A stretch of 64,000 bases of DNA, taken from the NCBI GenBank assembly GCA_012839865.1, contig DUMO01000051.1, positions 62,001 to 126,000 on the forward strand, read 5' to 3'. Shown here piece after piece: positions 49,964 through 60,722 of this stretch. The position numbers and the translations under genes were made by a program. Position 1 is the first letter of the stretch; each line of letters begins with the position of its first letter. A model generated the notes under the pieces. That model worked only from the letters and a program-made list of their open reading frames with translations. It had not been told where the DNA came from and ran no database searches. Source of the DNA: Clostridiaceae bacterium. Lineage in GTDB: Bacteria; Bacillota; Clostridia; CAYPLH01; DUMO01.

Positions 49964-50734
49964 ATGATGCAGAAGCTTTACAAACTTGTAAACCATGAAG
50001 TGAAGGGAATACTGAAATACATACTGGTTTTGGCTTTAGCCATGTTGGTGCTTCAAAACGTAATATTGCTGATACAGTTAAAAAGGGCGTTTTTCTCAAC
50101 TTCCGAAAGATTTGAAGATATACTGGCAATGTGTGGCTTTCCATTGATTTTCGTCATCGCTTTCTTTACCGTAACAGGTATTTGTATAATGAGCGTCTAT
50201 TCAAACTATACGGGAAGCAAAAGCATATATACACTTTTAACTTTACCTCAGAGAAGAGAATTTATATATATAGCAAAGTTTATTTCATTTCTGACTTGTT
50301 ACCTGGTTATCTGGGCAGCACAAATTATAAGTGTTTTTATAGGATATTTTCTTGTATATAACACATATTTGGCAGGAAGAATAAAACCGATGACAAACGG
50401 ATTGTTCCTTGCATTCATAAGGTCCGGCCTGCTTCGCTTTATGGTGCCCCTTGGTTTAAAAAGCATCATAGTCAATGCGGTAACGGTTATGTCATTCATT
50501 TCAACCTTTTATTATGGAATTCTTTGCGAAAGAAGCAGGAAATTCAGAGGTCTTTTGGCAGTTGCAGCAAACATGGGACTTATAATTTACACACTGGTTG
50601 TTCACATTGGAGTTTCTTACGGAGATAATATCGATTACCCCATGAGATATATCATAACTGCTCTTAAGGCAGTAATAATGTTCTTTATTGTTTTTCACAG
50701 TATGAAACTGGTAAAGCAGGGTTCAATAGCTTGA
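49964..50734 (+). CDS. ABC transporter permease (6 TM)
   Basis: Six hydrophobic segments; YTLLTLP..R...IAK motif of YtrA-associated permeases. Confidence 0.75.
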   Translation: MMQKLYKLVNHEVKGILKYILVLALAMLVLQNVILLIQLKRAFFSTSERFEDILAMCGFPLIFVIAFFTVTGICIMSVYSNYTGSKSIYTLLTLPQRREFIYIAKFISFLTCYLVIWAAQIISVFIGYFLVYNTYLAGRIKPMTNGLFLAFIRSGLLRFMVPLGLKSIIVNAVTVMSFISTFYYGILCERSRKFRGLLAVAANMGLIIYTLVVHIGVSYGDNIDYPMRYIITALKAVIMFFIVFHSMKLVKQGSIA

Positions 50735-50749
50735 AAGGCAGGAGAAAAA

Positions 50750-52156
50750 ATGAATTTTTTAAAAAGGAATATTCTTTTGATAGTTGCTGTTCCGGCAATT
50801 GCGGTCATATTGGCTTGCTATATATTTCTTGGCTTGAAAAGCAACGATGCCACCTTTTATTTAAATGACATCTATGGCGACCGGGTGGCTTTAAAGGGCA
50901 TAACCATTAGCGGATACCTTCAGGACAGGTACCATCATCAATTTTTTCAGATAGCCAACGGTGAGGTCGATAATAAATTCAGGTATTATAATGATACAAG
51001 TGAAATTATTGAGCCAAAAGTTAACTATGCAAACGGTTTGGCCCATGATGGAAAAGTATACTGGTATCAGTACGAATACAAAATTGCAAAGGATGCAAAT
51101 ACGGTTAAGGAAACAAAAACGAAGGATACAGGAGCCGGTGATGTTAAAGAAGTGATCACACAAATTGGCGCTGACAAGGTAAATGTGGTTGCAACTGTCC
51201 GCGTCCGCTCTGAGGATTTCAATATAAATATTCCGGATGATTACATACTGGTTAATACTGATATTTATTTAAAAAGTGAAAGCAAGGAGTTTATATTTGA
51301 GAGTACCAGGCATGAAAGCAATGGCGTTGTCATATCTCAAAGCAGCAATGACACAATGCCCGCAAGGGAGCTTAACAGTATGGATAATACCCTGGCAGTG
51401 GCAAATGACAGTTTATTTTTCACAATCCCTGTGACAGGCAAGTACTCCGGCACATCCGGCATATATAAGCTTGAGGAGTTTGGAGTGTGGTTTAATGAAG
51501 AAAGACCCGGAAAAGTAAAAACCATTACAGAGCTTGACCTTGATGGGCACAATATTGACGTTCTGGGGCTTGAATCTGTTGGAGAAAACCTCTTGCTGGT
51601 ACTTGCCATTGATAATGTGTTGACTTTCAGAATGTTTGATTTAAATGGCAATATGATAGATGAAGCCTCCGTACCTGATTTGGACGGCAGCCTGCTTTAC
51701 AGGTATGATAGTTTTACAGATGACAGTATGATTCATTTCTCTTTTGGTATCGACAGGGAGTCCTTTATAATGGACGGACCCCTGGTAAGTGTGTCCTTCA
51801 AGGGTGGTAAGCTGGCTGTTGAGCATGTGGTTATGAATCTGGATTTAAACAATGAAATTGCCCGGTGCCAAATAATAGATTCTATAGACGGCAAACTTTA
51901 TATAGTGGCAAGTACCACGGATAATGAAGTTTTAAGCCATTATACGTACAGTTATCTGGCACCAAGACACTTGAAAATTTTCGTATATGAAAGACAAAAT
52001 TCGGGCTCAAAATTATTGTATATTGGAGAGCTTGCAACAGATATCAACGAAGATTTCAGAAAATACATGTACAGCTCCGAACCTGTTTCAAACTATTACA
52101 ACAACAGGGAGTTTGTCGGAATTGAAATACAGCCGGAGCGGGAAGGTGATTTTTAG
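50750..52156 (+). CDS. Membrane-anchored hypothetical protein in the ABC operon
   Basis: Single N-terminal TM then a large soluble beta-rich domain; stop abuts the ATPase start. Confidence 0.7.
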   Translation: MNFLKRNILLIVAVPAIAVILACYIFLGLKSNDATFYLNDIYGDRVALKGITISGYLQDRYHHQFFQIANGEVDNKFRYYNDTSEIIEPKVNYANGLAHDGKVYWYQYEYKIAKDANTVKETKTKDTGAGDVKEVITQIGADKVNVVATVRVRSEDFNINIPDDYILVNTDIYLKSESKEFIFESTRHESNGVVISQSSNDTMPARELNSMDNTLAVANDSLFFTIPVTGKYSGTSGIYKLEEFGVWFNEERPGKVKTITELDLDGHNIDVLGLESVGENLLLVLAIDNVLTFRMFDLNGNMIDEASVPDLDGSLLYRYDSFTDDSMIHFSFGIDRESFIMDGPLVSVSFKGGKLAVEHVVMNLDLNNEIARCQIIDSIDGKLYIVASTTDNEVLSHYTYSYLAPRHLKIFVYERQNSGSKLLYIGELATDINEDFRKYMYSSEPVSNYYNNREFVGIEIQPEREGDF

Positions 52157-52875
52157 TGATTGAATTAATAAACGTGAAAAAATATTATGGATTGTCCCGT
52201 ACAGGCCTGGAAAAAGAATCCGTAACATTCAATGACGGGGAAATAACAGGTATAATCGGAGAAAACGGCTCAGGAAAGACAACAATGCTGAAAGCAATAA
52301 TGGGGCTTTGCGAGCTTACTGAAGGCAGGATCCTTATAGATGGCCTGCCTGTAACAAGTGTATACGGCAAGATGTCCTTTATTACAGAGGAGGGAAGCTA
52401 TTTTCCCGGTATGACCCCTTTGGAGTACGGAGATTTTTTGAAAAGCTTTTTTGCGGGATTTGACATGGATAGATTTCTGAAACTCCTTGAATACTTTGAG
52501 ATTGAAAAAAATTCAAAAATCCGAAACATGTCCAGGGGGCAAAAATCCAAGGTGGAAATAGCAGCAGGATTTTCAAAGGGAGCAAAATATATTTTGATGG
52601 ATGAACCATTTCTGGGAAACGACATGTTTACCAGGCATGATTTTTTAAAGCTTATGATTAGCAGTTTAAGGGGTGAAGAAACCATTTTGATAAGCACTCA
52701 CCTGATAAATGAGATTGAAAATTTTGTGGACCGCATTGTCATCCTGCAGATGGGCAGGATAAAAGCGGATTTTTACATGGATGATATGAAAGAAACCGGC
52801 AAAAGCCTTAAGGAAGTATTGATGGAAACAACAGGTTATGATGAAGAATGGTATAAAAAGCTGTTTGATACTTAA
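52156..52875 (+). CDS. ABC transporter ATP-binding protein
   Basis: GENGSGKTT Walker A, MSRGQ signature, ILMDEP, ISTH. Confidence 0.95.
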   Translation: MIELINVKKYYGLSRTGLEKESVTFNDGEITGIIGENGSGKTTMLKAIMGLCELTEGRILIDGLPVTSVYGKMSFITEEGSYFPGMTPLEYGDFLKSFFAGFDMDRFLKLLEYFEIEKNSKIRNMSRGQKSKVEIAAGFSKGAKYILMDEPFLGNDMFTRHDFLKLMISSLRGEETILISTHLINEIENFVDRIVILQMGRIKADFYMDDMKETGKSLKEVLMETTGYDEEWYKKLFDT

Positions 52876-53131
52876 GTTTCTCAACAGGCCTTTTTGTGAG
52901 AATGCAGGGTCATTTTCTTTTCACAGTTGAAACTCAAATCGTTTAAAAAAATATATTGTATCAAGGACCGGTGTACAAATATCTTTTACAGTTTCGGAAA
53001 TTTACATAACAATTCTTTAACATTTCTAAAAACCCATGAAAATAGCGGAAATGATAATTTACATAATGTAACATTATTCTGATTATTTCATATAATGCAA
53101 TATACCAATTAAATATGGAGGTGAAGAATAT

Positions 53132-53491
53132 ATGGATAACAATGTTTTTGGAGGTTTTTCAGGAAAAGTTGCCGCTATTCCAGGTTCAATCAGAGAGCTC
53201 CTGAAAAAATTGATTGAGAGAAGAGTAACTATTGTACTTGATGCAAATGTAGAACCGGAATGTGTTGAAATCGAGAATGTTGTAGGAAACATTCTTGTTG
53301 CCGAATTTGGAAACAAGTTCAAATTCGTTGACATCGACTGCATTTGCGAAATAATAGTTGACCGTGATGAACTCCTGGAAGCATTACTGGGAAGAAAATG
53401 CTGCAATGACAACGACGTTGGCAGCAATGCAAGCTTTGACTGCAATGATTTATCAGATGTTCTTGGTGGGAAAAAGCCAAAAAGAGGATAA
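53132..53491 (+). CDS. Small Cys-containing hypothetical protein (possible spore coat protein)
   Basis: GGAGG SD; core ELLKKL..R.VTIVL...KF.DI.CICE.IV shared with the next gene. Confidence 0.65.
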   Translation: MDNNVFGGFSGKVAAIPGSIRELLKKLIERRVTIVLDANVEPECVEIENVVGNILVAEFGNKFKFVDIDCICEIIVDRDELLEALLGRKCCNDNDVGSNASFDCNDLSDVLGGKKPKRG

Positions 53492-53653
53492 CAGAAATTG
53501 CAGCCAAGAGATAATTATTTAATATTAAGAGAAAAAGCCCCTTGTGCCTCAATAGAGGGGCTTTAACCTTTATATATAATTTTATTGTGTTTTCGATTAT
53601 TTTGCTCATGCTTGGCAAAAAATATCAGTGAGGTATGTTGAGGAGGTTTTAGC

Positions 53654-54115
53654 ATGTTTAAATACAGGGAAGTTTTGGACTACAGCAAAAAATGTTGTGA
53701 AAGATACCTTGAGAAGTTCACGCAAGTCAATAATCATCCTTATGAAAAAAGCAGAACTGAAACAGGGACGTTGGTTGAAGACAGAAAAAATGACGGGAAA
53801 TCAAATAATTTTATAATACCTCTTGATTTATCAGACGAAAGCTTTGATGTTAACAAAGGATTTAAGGATGTTATGCCCAGGTCATTGAAAGAATTGCTTA
53901 AAATGTTGATTTGCAGAGTTGTGACAATTGTTCTCAATGCACAAAATTGTCCTCAGAAGGTAAAAATCAGAGATATATCAGGAGATATCCTTGTGGCAGA
54001 AACACCCGGCAGGGGAGAGGAGAAGGTTATAAAATTTATTGATATCAATTGCATTTGTGAAGTAATAGTCAGCAGTGACGAGCTTCTCAGAAGCATTTTG
54101 GAAAAATGCCCGTAA
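53654..54115 (+). CDS. Paralogue of 53132-53491 (possible spore coat protein)
   Basis: GAGGAGG SD; ELLKMLICRVVTIVLN...KFIDINCICEVIVSSDELL. Confidence 0.65.
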   Translation: MFKYREVLDYSKKCCERYLEKFTQVNNHPYEKSRTETGTLVEDRKNDGKSNNFIIPLDLSDESFDVNKGFKDVMPRSLKELLKMLICRVVTIVLNAQNCPQKVKIRDISGDILVAETPGRGEEKVIKFIDINCICEVIVSSDELLRSILEKCP

Positions 54116-54258
54116 ATGAAGACAGAAGTAAATAAATATTTTTTGACCACAACTTTTCCTAACATAATCTGGATTTTAAGCTCGGTTTTGTGATATTATA
54201 AGCTATAGCTGGTGAAAAAAGTCTTAATTCTGAGCATTTGCACAAGGAGGACAAACTT

Positions 54259-54675
54259 ATGAAAAGCTACAGGAAAGAGTTGTGGTTTAATACCAAAAAC
54301 CGGCGTGAGTTTATCAACATCACGCCAATGGTGGAGCAATGCCTTAGGGAAAGCGGAATAAAGGAAGGATTGCTTTTGTGTAATGCAATGCATATTACAG
54401 CAAGTGTGTTCATAAATGATGATGAAGCAGGACTACATCAGGATTTTGAAAAATTTCTCGAAAAATTAGCTCCTGAAAAGCCATACAGCCAATATGCGCA
54501 TAATGGATTTGAAGACAATGCTGATGCCCACCTTAAGCGTACAATAATGGGCAGGGAAGTTGTGGTGGCCATAACAGACGGCAGGCTTGATTTCGGTCCC
54601 TGGGAGCAAATATTTTATGGTGAATTTGACGGTAGGAGAAGAAAACGTGTACTTGTAAAGATAATCGGCGAGTAA
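54259..54675 (+). CDS. yjbQ: YjbQ/UPF0047 family protein (secondary thiamine-phosphate synthase)
   Basis: [35 protein letters not shown]. Confidence 0.93.
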   Translation: MKSYRKELWFNTKNRREFINITPMVEQCLRESGIKEGLLLCNAMHITASVFINDDEAGLHQDFEKFLEKLAPEKPYSQYAHNGFEDNADAHLKRTIMGREVVVAITDGRLDFGPWEQIFYGEFDGRRRKRVLVKIIGE

Positions 54676-54707
54676 AAAGCATGCTGAAAATTTTATCGAG
54701 GTGATAG

Positions 54708-55523
54708 ATGAACAGGCTTAAAAAAAGAACTATAACATGCTTGATTATTGCTGCATCATTGACAGCCTTATATAGTTTTATTGAGCCCTTTTGGATAAAT
54801 ATCAAAACCATAAAACTAAGCAGGGATAAAATACCTGCATCTTTCAAAGGAAAGAAAATAGTTTTTATTTCTGATATTCATCATGGTCCTTTTTTGTCCG
54901 TAAACAGGGTGAAGAAGCTGGTCGAAAGAGTGAATTCCTTATCTCCGGATATTATTTTGCTGGGAGGCGACTATGTTCACGGCAGTGCCAGGTACATAGA
55001 ACCATGTTTTAAAGAACTGTCCTATTTAAAAGCAAAATACGGGGTGTTTGGAGTGCTTGGAAACCATGACCATTGGGAAAGTACCGAACTTACACAAAAA
55101 AGCATGAAAAACGCCGGCATGGTAAGTCTTGATAATATGGCAGTCTGGGTTTATGAGGGTAATGAAAAAATTAAAATCGGAGGAGTTGGCGATTTATATG
55201 AGGACAAGCAGGATATAAATCCAACAATAAATGATGTATCCGAGGATGACTTTGTGATTCTTTTGTCTCATAACCCGGATTATGCAGAAAAGATAAAAAC
55301 ATCAAAAATAGATATTGTACTCAGCGGACATACCCATTGAGGACAGGTTACATTCTTCGGCAAATGGGCACCTATAGTGCCGTCTATATATGGACAGAAG
55401 TACAGATCCGGAATTATTGAAAATATGCAAACCACAGTTATTGTTACAAATGGAATCGGGACAATATTTCCGCCTGTAAGATTTTTTGCCAGACCTGAAA
55501 TTATTGTGATTGAACTTGAATAG
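54708..55523 (+). pseudogene. YkuE-like metallophosphoesterase interrupted by an in-frame TGA
   Basis: SDIH, GGDY, LGNHD, LLSHNPD, SGHTH*GQ (TGA 55338-55340); same frame continues GQVTFFG...[23 protein letters not shown] to TAG 55521-55523. Confidence 0.85.
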
Positions 55524-56076
55524 AACTTTTTTTGCTTATTTTCGTCTAATAAAAACAATCGAATCAAAACAATCGGATCAAACCAATCAGACCAAAAGCT
55601 TAGTAAAAATACAGTATAAGGCTGATATTAAGTTAAATGTAGAGGTTGAAATTTTTTGCAAGCCAAAATGGTTGCAGGTCCGGTTGCACAAGATTAGGGT
55701 TAAATCTATGTAGGTTAAAAAGTTTATGCAGTTTACAATAATGAAAAAATTTTTATTGCGTTTTAAAATTATGTTATAATCTTGCCTGTAAAGTGTATAT
55801 TGCAGCGGAAAATTTTTTCAGTCCATTAATTAATATATCCTGCAAAAGTTAGAACGCTGTTTTATTTTTTGATTATTATACATTGAAAACTTATTATATC
55901 ATGAAAAAGGGAAAGCCCCGGAAAAGAGGGGAAAACCCCGGAAAAAAAATCTCACATTATACAAAATAAAAGTTTTGTATAATGTAGAGGAGAAAGTTTT
56001 AAAAAATTTATGGAGAAATTTAAATAACTGAAAACGGATTGGAGCAAAAATATTTTTGTGAGGTTTTAAATTTATC

Positions 56077-57099
56077 GTGTATTATGATGCGCCTGTTATT
56101 GTAAATGATTTTTTAAGTTATATGGAAACCATTCAAGGTAAATCCATAAATACTATAAATGAATACTATTATGATTTAAGACTTTTTTTCAGGTTTATAA
56201 AGGTTCATAAAAATCTGGTTGATAAAAATATTGATTTTGAAAAAATCGATATTAACGATATTGATATTGAAAAAATCAGGGAAATCACTTTGAGTGATCT
56301 TTATGCTTTTATGTCTTATATTAGCCGTGAACGCAACAACAAAACCAATACCCGGGCCCGTAAAGTTGCAAGCGTAAAAGCATTTTTCAAATATCTCACA
56401 ACCAAAGCCAGACTTTTGGAAAACAATCCGGCTATAGAGCTTGAACCGCCTAAACCTTTAAAACGCTTGCCCAAGTATTTGAATATTGAAGAAAGCAAAA
56501 AGTTGTTAAGCTCTATACAAGGCGAGCACCGGGAACGGGATTATGCAATAATTACATTGTTTTTGAACTGCGGGCTGCGTCTTTCCGAACTTGTCGGAAT
56601 TAATATAAACAGAATCCGTGGAGATACTCTTACAGTAATTGGTAAAGGTAATAAGGAAAGAACCATATATCTTAATAATGCCTGTAGGAAAGCTATTGCT
56701 GCATACATGCGGGTCCGTCCCGTTGACGGTGTCAAGGACAAAAATGCCCTTTTTTTAAGCGAAAGAAAGCAACGCATAAGCAATAAGACTGTACAGTACA
56801 TTGTTAAAAAATATATAAAGGCCTCGGGTCTCGACCCGGAAAGGTATTCTACGCATAAATTGAGACACACAGCTGCCACACTAATGTATAAGCATGGCAA
56901 TGTGGACATCCGGGCATTAAAGGAAATCCTGGGTCATGAAAGCATTGCCACTACACAGATTTATACCCATGTAGACAACCAGCAGCTGCGAGAGGCTATG
57001 GAAAGCAATCCACTTTCCGATATTGAAACAGCAAATGATATTGATGATAATATAAAAAATAAAAAGCTAAAAAAAGAAATCACAGATAGCGAGGAATAA
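56077..57099 (+). CDS. xerC: Tyrosine recombinase, XerC-like
   Basis: GLRLSEL, GKGNKER, HKLRHT.AT, LGHESIATTQIY catalytic set; no adjacent mobile-element genes. XerC vs XerD not resolvable. Confidence 0.8.
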   Translation: MYYDAPVIVNDFLSYMETIQGKSINTINEYYYDLRLFFRFIKVHKNLVDKNIDFEKIDINDIDIEKIREITLSDLYAFMSYISRERNNKTNTRARKVASVKAFFKYLTTKARLLENNPAIELEPPKPLKRLPKYLNIEESKKLLSSIQGEHRERDYAIITLFLNCGLRLSELVGININRIRGDTLTVIGKGNKERTIYLNNACRKAIAAYMRVRPVDGVKDKNALFLSERKQRISNKTVQYIVKKYIKASGLDPERYSTHKLRHTAATLMYKHGNVDIRALKEILGHESIATTQIYTHVDNQQLREAMESNPLSDIETANDIDDNIKNKKLKKEITDSEE

Positions 57100-57104
57100 C
57101 TATA

Positions 57105-58157
57105 ATGAACCTAAAGAAATTTTATGTCATATTATGTGGAGTCATGGCAATATGCCTGTTTTCAATTGGACTGGTAATAATACTCGGTACCGGATTTGTT
57201 GATAATACTGTAGATGCCCATTCCGACCTTAAAGACCCATTGGGAAAAATACTTAATCCTCAGGATAATAATGATGTTGAGGATAACATAAAAGTGGTAA
57301 AAACATTTACCTGCCTGCTTTTGGGTGGTGATAGAGTTGCTGAAAATACAGATACAATTATTCTGGCAAATTATAATCCTGAAAACCTGAAATTAACTCT
57401 AATGTCAATCCCAAGGGATACCCGCTTATCTTCGGAAACAAACAAGATGCTGCAGAATTCAGCTCGTGAGGCTGGTTTTTTGGTAGATGAAGATGACTAT
57501 ATAATTGACAAAATAAACTCCGCATATCCTATCGGCAAAGGGAAGCTTGCAAAGAAAATAGTCTCTACCCTGCTTGATATCGATATAGACTATTATGTTT
57601 ATATTGATACAAAAGTTTTCAGGGAAATAATTGACCTGTTGGACGGCGTAGAATATGAAATCCCCTGTGATATGGATTATGATGATCCCCTGCAGGATCT
57701 GCACATTCATCTTAAGAAGGGCAAGCAGATACTTTACGGAAAAGAAGCCGAAGCTTTCATGCGTTTTCGGGAGCCCAACGAATGGAATGATGAAATTTTA
57801 AAATATTATGACGGCAGCGACATGAAGAGAATACAGGCACAACAGAATTTTATAAAAGAACTTTTGCGTCAAAAAATAAATATGAAATACTTTACCAAGG
57901 TAAGTGATGTGATAAAAACCTTTTTTAAGAATTTTGAAACCGATGTCGGCCTGGGTGATATTTTACCCTATTTCAGCCTGGATGTTTTGAAATTTGATAT
58001 CAATAATGATTTGAGTTTTCTGAAACTCCCAGGTCAACCGGCCTATGAAGATAATTTGTGGTACTATAAATTCGATGTACAAAAAACGAAGGAAATACTT
58101 GATGAATATTTCAAACCTGAAATCATAATTGAAACAAACCAGTCCACCGGTCAATGA
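57105..58157 (+). CDS. LCP (LytR-CpsA-Psr) family protein
   Basis: N-terminal TM; NTDTIIL, SIPRDT, KINSAY, MRFR...D.KRIQAQQ.F. Confidence 0.93.
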   Translation: MNLKKFYVILCGVMAICLFSIGLVIILGTGFVDNTVDAHSDLKDPLGKILNPQDNNDVEDNIKVVKTFTCLLLGGDRVAENTDTIILANYNPENLKLTLMSIPRDTRLSSETNKMLQNSAREAGFLVDEDDYIIDKINSAYPIGKGKLAKKIVSTLLDIDIDYYVYIDTKVFREIIDLLDGVEYEIPCDMDYDDPLQDLHIHLKKGKQILYGKEAEAFMRFREPNEWNDEILKYYDGSDMKRIQAQQNFIKELLRQKINMKYFTKVSDVIKTFFKNFETDVGLGDILPYFSLDVLKFDINNDLSFLKLPGQPAYEDNLWYYKFDVQKTKEILDEYFKPEIIIETNQSTGQ

Positions 58158-58182
58158 TCACTTATATTTACTGAAGAAAATT

Positions 58183-58222
58183 AAAATCCCTGATTGCTGT
58201 TTGTTAGCATTCAGGGATTTTT
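58183..58222. terminator. Bidirectional terminator
   Basis: AAAATCCCTGA...TCAGGGATTTTTT between convergent genes. Confidence 0.8.
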
Positions 58223-58365
58223 TATTAACGCTCATTTTCTTAATAAACAATAAACTACATCACATTTAAGGCAATTTCCAACCGGGACCCGGTTTTCACC
58301 CAAAAATGCGCAGGATTCCCACCGGAATTTCCAGATCAAAAGTTCATCTTATGCGGATTCTTCAA

Positions 58366-59802
58366 CTACTGCATTTTCTCGTAGAAAACCTTGCATCCAT
58401 TGTAGAATGTATACACGTCAGCCTTGCTTGTAACCTCATAGGGCGCATGCATCGATAATATTGACACTCCGCAATCCAGAACTTCAGCTCCCAGGTTGGC
58501 AATGTACTGGGCAATGGTTCCTCCTCCACCCTGGTCTACTTTGCCCAACTCGGCTACATGCCATGCAATACTGTTTTCATTGAATATTTTGCGCACCTTT
58601 GCGATAAATTCAGGGTTTGCATCACTGCCACCGGCTTTGCCTCTGGCTCCTGTATATTTCTCAATAACAATACCTTTTCCAAAATACGAAGCATTCCGCT
58701 TATCGTAAACACTTTCATAATTCGGGTCAAATGCCGGATTTACGTCTGCTGAAAGCATCATGGAGTTGTTTAAACACTTTCTCAGGACAATATCATTGTA
58801 TTTGTCATTCCCAATAGCGCAAAGAGCAGCAAGAAAATCTTCAAAAAGCCTTGATTCGGCACCTGTATTCCCCATGCTGCCAATTTCTTCCTTGTCGGTT
58901 AAAAGACAAACAGCAGTCCTTTCAATATCCTTCAATTCAAAAATTGCTTTCATTGCAGGATAGGAACACACCCTGTCATCCTGACCATAAGCTCCTATCA
59001 TGCTCCTGTCAATACCAATATCCCTTGCCTTGAAAGCCGGGACAATTTCAAGCTCGGCTGTGTAAAAATCTTCTTCCACTATTCCGTATTTTTGATTTAG
59101 AATATTCAGAATATTCAGTTTAACCTTGTTGCTTGCCTTTTCATCATTGTATGGTTCGGAACCAAATAACAGGTTAAGCCCCTCTCCTGTTATGCCTTCA
59201 CTCATCTTCTTATCCATTTGGTCTTTCGCAAGGTGTGGCAAAAGGTCGGAAATTGTAAACACAGGGTCGTTATCATCTTCGCCTATGCAAATATTTACAA
59301 CCGTACCGTCTGCTTTGATGACAACTCCATGCAATGCCAGGGGTATGGCTACCCACTGATACTTCTTGATTCCACCGTAATAATGAGTTTTCATAAGTCC
59401 CATTTCCGAGTCTTCATACAATGGGTTTTGCTTTAAGTCAATTCTGGGAGCATCAATGTGCCCGCCTATTATATTGACCCCTTCCTCTATGGGCCTCTTC
59501 CCTATTACACTAAGAATCATGGCCTTGTTCCGGATTATTTTGTACACTTTTGTACCGGGAGAAAGCTTTTCATCTTTTTTAACAAGCTCGTCAAATGATA
59601 CAAATCCGTATTTTTCAGCTTCCTTCCTGGCTTCAGCTACATACTCCCTTTCAGTTTTTGCCCTGTCCAAAAACAATTTGTATCCATTGCAGAAATCGTC
59701 CAGCTTTTTTCTTTCATCCCCGGAAATTTTATTCCAGATATTAATTGAGTTGTAAGAAAGTCTCTCCTGCAGTTTCTGGCCTTCAGTTTTTTTGTCTTCC
59801 AT
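58366..59802 (-). CDS. M18 family aminopeptidase
   Basis: GHIDAPRIDLK, HYYGGIKKYQW, GQDDRVC, DKEEIGS, SMHAP.E. Confidence 0.93.
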   Translation of the reverse strand: MEDKKTEGQKLQERLSYNSINIWNKISGDERKKLDDFCNGYKLFLDRAKTEREYVAEARKEAEKYGFVSFDELVKKDEKLSPGTKVYKIIRNKAMILSVIGKRPIEEGVNIIGGHIDAPRIDLKQNPLYEDSEMGLMKTHYYGGIKKYQWVAIPLALHGVVIKADGTVVNICIGEDDNDPVFTISDLLPHLAKDQMDKKMSEGITGEGLNLLFGSEPYNDEKASNKVKLNILNILNQKYGIVEEDFYTAELEIVPAFKARDIGIDRSMIGAYGQDDRVCSYPAMKAIFELKDIERTAVCLLTDKEEIGSMGNTGAESRLFEDFLAALCAIGNDKYNDIVLRKCLNNSMMLSADVNPAFDPNYESVYDKRNASYFGKGIVIEKYTGARGKAGGSDANPEFIAKVRKIFNENSIAWHVAELGKVDQGGGGTIAQYIANLGAEVLDCGVSILSMHAPYEVTSKADVYTFYNGCKVFYEKMQ

Positions 59803-59847
59803 ATGATATCCTCCTCAATTTTAATATTGAACATTATTGGAAAATAA

Positions 59848-60654
59848 TCATTCTATATTGAGATAAACAGGTTTTCTATGCTTAAAAATAGTGGTATATT
59901 TAAAGCCAATGCCTTTTAAAATGTCATTGAATTCCTTTAACTTGCAACCCAAATGATCAGTTCTGTGTGCATCGGAACCAATGCAAATAATCTCTCCGCC
60001 AAGCTCACGGTATCTTCTTAACAGTTCAGGATCAAAATTATCGCCTGGTAAAATGGGTTTTTCCCTGTAACATGCCGTATTTACTTCAAGACCTTTTCCT
60101 TTTTCGATAAGCTTCAGAAATATTCCGTCCAGCAAGTCAGTAAAATCACAATATCTTAAGGTGTTATCCTCATAATGGCTTTTTCTTGCGATAAAATCAA
60201 AATGCCCTGCAACATCAAAATTATTGCAGTTTGAAACCATACTGTAAATCAACTCAAGATACCTTGAAAAAACCCTATGTTTTGTTTTTCCTTCATAGTA
60301 GTTTTCACGGTACGGATCTTCCCCATCTATTACGTGCACTGATGCCAAAACATAATCAAAATCATATTTTGATGCAATAGCCTCGCTATCTTCAATGGTA
60401 TGCGGCTGGATGCCAATTTCAATACCTTTGATAACATCAATCCGGTTTTTATATTCTTGCTTTAGTCTATCCATATACTCGTTATATTCATTAAAATCAA
60501 TATTAAAAAACTCATTATCATCCGGAAAATCTATATCCATATGATCTGTAAATACAATGCCTTTCAATCCGAATTGGATAGCATGGTTACAGGCTTCTTT
60601 TGCATCCATCCTGCTGTCGCCAGAAAAAAAACTGTGTACATGGCAGTCATACAT
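59848..60654 (-). CDS. Histidinol-phosphatase HisJ family (PHP domain)
   Basis: DCHVHS.FS.D, FTDH.D, GIEIG, GHFD, EVNT, GSDAH. Confidence 0.88.
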   Translation of the reverse strand: MYDCHVHSFFSGDSRMDAKEACNHAIQFGLKGIVFTDHMDIDFPDDNEFFNIDFNEYNEYMDRLKQEYKNRIDVIKGIEIGIQPHTIEDSEAIASKYDFDYVLASVHVIDGEDPYRENYYEGKTKHRVFSRYLELIYSMVSNCNNFDVAGHFDFIARKSHYEDNTLRYCDFTDLLDGIFLKLIEKGKGLEVNTACYREKPILPGDNFDPELLRRYRELGGEIICIGSDAHRTDHLGCKLKEFNDILKGIGFKYTTIFKHRKPVYLNIE

Positions 60655-60722
60655 AAAATTCTACACATCCCTGTTATACTTGAAAAATAATTAACCTGAA
60701 ACTTATTTGATATTAACACTTA

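Noticed and set aside
53058..53086. dif site near the XerC-like gene
   Set aside because: AATTTACATAA resembles a XerD arm, but the spacer length and other arm do not fit the 11-6-11 dif layout; it overlaps a likely promoter region.
55338..55340. Selenocysteine recoding of the TGA
   Set aside because: The homologous residue is Gly, not Cys, and no SECIS-like hairpin was evident downstream.
55915..55960. Sigma-I promoter (CCCC..AAA -35)
   Set aside because: No CGWA -10 element at the expected distance.
56077..57099. Integrase of a prophage or genomic island
   Set aside because: Flanked by housekeeping genes, with no phage or mobility genes or att repeats; resembles the chromosomal XerC-like family.
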